A DNA stretch of 64,000 nucleotides from an uncultured Microthrixaceae bacterium. GTDB lineage: Bacteria > Actinomycetota > Acidimicrobiia > Acidimicrobiales > Acidimicrobilacustridaceae. The position numbers and the translations under genes were made by a program. This document shows, piece by piece, positions 60,269 through 64,000 of the stretch. The stretch spans positions 1,592 through 65,591 of the forward strand of contig CAWEJD010000003.1 of assembly GCA_963809335.1 (NCBI GenBank), given 5' to 3'. Below the pieces are notes generated by a model that searched no databases, had not been told where the DNA came from, and saw nothing but the letters and a program-made list of their open reading frames with translations. Position 1 is the first letter of the stretch. Every line of letters starts with the position of its first letter.

Positions 60269-60877
60269 GTGATCCGGCTCCTCAAGCTGGGCGTGAAGGT
60301 GCTGCTCGGGGTGCTCGCCCTGGTGGTGCTCTACCTCGCCGTCACCTTCGCCCAGGTGTGGTGGGCGTCGCGCCAGTCGCCGGCTCGCGACACCTCGGCC
60401 AGCGCCATCGTCGTCATGGGGGCGGCCCAGTACAACGGCCAGCCCTCGCCCGTGCTCAAGGCGCGGCTCGACCACGCCGCCGACCTCTACGACCGCGACG
60501 TCGCCCCGATGATCATCGTCACCGGAGGCAAGAAGCCCGGCGACCGCATCACCCAGGGCCTCACGGGCTACGACTACCTGCGGGGCCGGGGCATCCCCGA
60601 GGACGACATCAAGGTCGAGGTCGAGGGCACGAACAGCTACGAGGAGCTGTCGGCCGCCGCCCTGATCGTCCGCCAGGCCAAGCTCGACCCCGAGGTCGTG
60701 CTGGTGTCGGATCCCTACCACTCGCTGCGCATCTCCCAGATCGCCGAACAGGTCGGGCTGACCCCGCACCTCTCACCCGACAACACGTCGTCTCCCCTGC
60801 GATCCCTCGTCCGCGAGACCGGCGCCGTCGCCCTCGGTCGCATCGTCGGCTACCGCCGCCTCTCGAGCGTGCTCTGA
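60269..60877 (+). CDS. YdcF/ElyC-family (DUF218) membrane-anchored protein
   Basis: Intact 202-aa ORF with an N-terminal TM helix and the DUF218 core (IVVMGAAQYNGQPSPVLKARLDHA...IIVTGG). Confidence 0.8.
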   Translation: MIRLLKLGVKVLLGVLALVVLYLAVTFAQVWWASRQSPARDTSASAIVVMGAAQYNGQPSPVLKARLDHAADLYDRDVAPMIIVTGGKKPGDRITQGLTGYDYLRGRGIPEDDIKVEVEGTNSYEELSAAALIVRQAKLDPEVVLVSDPYHSLRISQIAEQVGLTPHLSPDNTSSPLRSLVRETGAVALGRIVGYRRLSSVL

Positions 60878-60948
60878 GCCTCTCCGATCTCGGTTTCCGT
60901 CGAGGCCGCCGGAGTCGGTAGAGTTCGCTCGCCCCTCGGGGCCCACCT

Positions 60949-61020
60949 TCGGGGGTGGTGTAATTGGCAACACGAGTGGTTCTGGTCCATTTGTTGGGGG
61001 TTCGAGTCCTCCCCCCCGAG
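60949..61020 (+). tRNA. tRNA-Gln (anticodon CTG)
   Basis: Hand-folded cloverleaf:
- acceptor TCGGGGG/CCCCCGA (U1-A72)
- D arm GTGT-AATTGGCA-ACAC
- anticodon arm AGTGG-TTCTGGT-CCATT
- T arm GGGGG-TTCGAGT-CCTCC
- discriminator G

The 3' CCA is not encoded directly after the discriminator. Confidence 0.85.
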
Positions 61021-61045
61021 CTCCAGCACGTGCACGGAGGCCGCC

Positions 61046-62138
61046 ATGAGTCGAACGCTCGATTCGCGGCCCGCCGATGACGGCTTCGCCATGCCGGCCG
61101 AGTGGGAGCCCCACGCCGGCTGCTGGATGGCGTGGCCGGAGCGCGCCGACACCTGGCGCCTCGGGGCCGAGCCGGCGCAGCGGGCCTTCGCCGCAGTGGC
61201 CGCCGCCATCGCCGGGTCGGAGCCGGTCACCGTCGGGGCCTCGGCCGGCCAGCTCGCCCGCGCCCGCGAGCTGCTGCCGGCTGAGGTGCGCGTCGTCGAG
61301 CTGGCCACCGACGACGCGTGGATGCGCGACATCGGCCCGACCATCGTGGTCGACCGCGACGGCAACCGGCGCGGCGTCGACTGGGTCTTCAACGCCTGGG
61401 GAGGGCTCGACGGCGGGCTCTATGCCCCGTGGGACGCCGACGACCGCGCCGCCGAGGCGGTGCTCGCCGACGAGGGCATCGACCGGTACCGAGCCCCGCT
61501 CGTGCTCGAGGGCGGCTCGATCCACGTCGACGGCGAGGGCACGCTGCTCACCACCGAGGAGTGCCTGCTCAACCGCAACCGCAACCCGTCGCTCGACCGC
61601 GGCGAGATCGAGCGCCTCCTGCGCGACTACACCGGCGCCGAGAGGATCATCTGGCTCGGCGCCGGCGTCTTCGAGGACGAGACCGACGGGCACATCGACA
61701 ACCTGGCCTGCTTCGTGCGTCCCGGTGTGGTGGCCCTCACCTGGTGCGACGACCCGTCCGATCCTCAGCACGCCATCTCGGTCGACGCCCGCCGCCGGCT
61801 CGAGGCGGCCACCGACGCCCGTGGCCGATCGCTCGAGGTCCATCTCGTGCACCAGCCCGGGCCGCTGTTCATGTCCGACGCCGAGGCCGCCGGCATCGCC
61901 CCCGGGCCCGATGCCAAGCCCGCGCGTCGGCGGGTCCCGCCTGGCCGCCAGCTACGTCAACTTCTACATCGCCAACGATCGGGTGGTGGTGCCCCTGCTC
62001 GACGAGCGCACCGACGGGGCCGCGGTCGAGGCCATCGGCGCCCTGTTCCCCGATCGCCAGGTCGTCGGCGTGGCCACCCGCGAGGTCCTGCTGGGAGGCG
62101 GCAACATCCACTGCATCACGCAGCAGATCCCGGTGTGA
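61046..62138 (+). CDS. aguA: agmatine deiminase (PAD_porph family); one frameshift as sequenced
   Basis: Motifs [25 protein letters not shown] and catalytic [11 protein letters not shown]. Frame switch near 61925. Confidence 0.85.
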
Positions 62139-62275
62139 CCGATACGACACCGGGATGGCGGGAACGATTTCGCATCGAAATACGTTGCAGCACCGTGCCG
62201 CCGATGGGGTAGGTGTGACACATGATCGGATCGAGGACGAAGCCGGGGGGCACGTCGACGGGACACCGCCATCCG

Positions 62276-63162
62276 ATGCACACGCTCCACTTCGGCGACG
62301 TGGACGCTCCCGGGTCGCCGGTCGTGCTCCTGCACGGCCAGCCGGGCCATGCCTCGGTCTGGCGCCAGGTCGGCGACCTGCTCGCCACGCCGGGGCCACT
62401 ACGCCCTCGCCGTCGATCGCCCGGGATACGGCCACACCGCCGGCGCGGCGACCGGGTTCACGGAGAACGCCCACGCGGTGCTCCACTTCCTCGACCACCA
62501 CGGCATCGACCGCGCCACCATCGTCACGCACAGCTGGTCGTCGGGCATCGCCCTCGCTCTGGCCGCCATGGCGCCCGAGCGGCTCGACGGCATGGTGCTG
62601 CTGGCGCCGGTGGGGGCCCCCGAGTCGGTGACGCGGCTCGATCACATGCTCGCCGTCCCCATCCTGGGATGGGGCATGCTGCGCGGCAGCCTGCGGCTCG
62701 GCGCATGGCTGCTCGACCGTGATCGCCTGCGACGGTTCCTTCCCGCCGGTTTCGGCGACCTCGACCCGATCGAGGCCAAGCGCATGGCCGGCTCGGCCCG
62801 CTCGAGCGGTGCCCGCCGCAGCGCCGCCGCCGAACAGCGATCCCTCGTGTCCGAGCTGGCCTTCGTTCGCGAGGGCGCGGCCGACATCGACACGCCCACC
62901 GTGATCGTCAGCGGCACCCGCGACCGGATCGTGCCCCCGGTCGGCGGCGCGGTCGCTGGCCGACCGGATCGCCGGTGCACGGGTGCACCTGGTCGACGCC
63001 GGCCACCTGCTCCCGTCAGAGGCCCCCGCCGCCGTGGCCAAGGCGGTCGAGCACGTGTCAGGCCGGCCCCGCCCGGTCGGCCCCGTCAGCGACCTCGGAC
63101 CGGTCAGCGACCTCCGAGCGCCCGCTGCAGCTCGGTCTTGCTCATCTTCGAGCGGCCTCTGA
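62276..63162 (+). CDS. alpha/beta hydrolase; frameshifted as sequenced
   Basis: Motifs VVLLHGQPG and nucleophile elbow THSWSSG. Frame switches near 62390 and 62950. An alternative start is ATG 62222. The tail overlaps the convergent small gene. Confidence 0.68.
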
Positions 63163-63292
63163 TCTTGTGCTGCTTGGCCTTCTCGTACAGCTCCTCGTAG
63201 GTGGGTCCGTCGGAGTCCGCCGTGCGACCGTTGGTCGGGCGGATCGGCTGCTGCGGGTGCTCGCGGTCGGGGCTCCAGGGGTTGCGGGACAT
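63104..63292 (-). CDS. small protein with Rho-N/SAP-like C-terminal motif
   Basis: Intact 62-aa ORF. TYEELYEKAKQHKIRGRSKMSKTELQRAL resembles Rho termination factor N-terminal-domain small proteins. Confidence 0.6.
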   Translation of the reverse strand: MSRNPWSPDREHPQQPIRPTNGRTADSDGPTYEELYEKAKQHKIRGRSKMSKTELQRALGGR

Positions 63293-63331
63293 GACGTCTC
63301 TCCTCGGGCTTCGTCGGGCGGAGCCTGGTTC

Positions 63332-64000
63332 CTACCCCGGAGCCTTCCGGCGTAGAACGAGCTGGCAGACGTCGTCCTCCCGGTCCTCGGAGTCGAACAG
63401 CACCTCGACCATGCCGTCGCAGAGGTCCTGGCACGAGAGGTCGATGCTCTTGGCGACCGCGTCGGCCAGCCGGTCGAGGCCCTCGTCCAGCATCGATCCC
63501 CGCCTCTCGATCAGGCCGTCGGTGAACAGCAGGACCCCCTCGCCCGGATCGAGCATCGTCGTGGCCTCGGGGTAGGCGGCGTCGCCCCACACCCCGAGCA
63601 CCGGCCCCCCGACGCCGGGCGTGTCGAGCCACGCATGCTCGTCGGTGGAGAACCGGAGCGCCGGCGGGTGCCCGGCGTGGGTCCAGCACAGCGACCCGGT
63701 CGAGGGCTGGTAGACGGCGTACACGAGGGTGGCGAAGCTGTCGGTGTCGAGGTGGACGAGGAACTGGTTCAGCTGCCGGACCACCTCCGACGGCGAGTGC
63801 TCCCGCACCGCGTAGGCGCGCAGCGCGTTGCGCAGCTGGACCATGAGGGCGGCCGACCCCAACCCGTGCCCGGCGACGTCGCCGACGGCGAGGGCGAGCC
63901 AGATCGTCGCCCAGCTCGAAGCAGTCGTACCAGTCGCCGCCGATGTCGGCGTTGGGCCCGGCCGGGTTGTAGCAGGCCCCGACCTCGAACCCCGGACCGT
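63332..64000 (-). CDS. PP2C/SpoIIE-family phosphatase domain protein, 5' end outside the window; one frameshift as sequenced
   Basis: Pieces GDWYD..., GDVAGHG in an adjacent frame, LLFTDGLIE, and CQLVLRR at the C-terminus. Frame switch near 63900. Confidence 0.8.
   Translation of the reverse strand, partial: TVRGSRSGPATTRPGPTPTSAATGTTASSWATIWLALAVGDVAGHGLGSAALMVQLRNALRAYAVREHSPSEVVRQLNQFLVHLDTDSFATLVYAVYQPSTGSLCWTHAGHPPALRFSTDEHAWLDTPGVGGPVLGVWGDAAYPEATTMLDPGEGVLLFTDGLIERRGSMLDEGLDRLADAVAKSIDLSCQDLCDGMVEVLFDSEDREDDVCQLVLRRKAPG

Noticed and set aside
60878-61045. A genomic-island or integration hotspot at tRNA-Gln
   Set aside because: There is no integrase, no direct repeat of the tRNA 3' end, and no compositional shift. 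The next gene (agmatine deiminase) starts 25 nt after the tRNA with its own RBS.

Overview
This is a GC-rich chromosomal core segment of a high-GC Actinomycetota-type genome; I cannot prove the taxon from the sequence alone. I call about 60 genes plus one tRNA.

**Gene content**
- Amino-acid biosynthesis dominates: leuA, ilvD, ilvBNC, metY, serC, aspC, serA, leuCD with a divergent IclR/LtbR regulator, and leuB-ilvE-cimA.
- Translation and replication housekeeping: ligA, gatCAB, greA, gltX and tRNA-Gln.
- Other genes: a PASTA Ser/Thr kinase, an ABC/MATE export cluster, hydrolases, lipoproteins and a PAS-GGDEF protein.
- I see no prophage, CRISPR array, integrase or recognisable defence or toxin system.

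**Unusual features**
1. A 40-42 bp GC-clamped palindromic repeat (REP/MITE-like) is present in about 10 copies plus fragments. Two copies sit in frame inside coding sequences.
2. Two leader-peptide attenuators have near-identical promoter and leaderless-GTG architecture. One is rich in Val/Ile/Leu codons and lies ahead of ilvB. The other has an Ile x4 run and lies ahead of leuB-ilvE-cimA.
3. Palindromic operator candidates occur in several promoter regions, notably one over both predicted -10 boxes between leuC and ltbR.
4. Reading-frame breaks occur in many indispensable genes, roughly 60-70 in total and unevenly distributed. They look like sequence-quality indels rather than biology and must be checked against reads. 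Gene coordinates for broken genes are whole-gene spans reconstructed across the breaks.

Many long ORFs in the six-frame track are stop-poor antisense or read-through artefacts of the high GC content.
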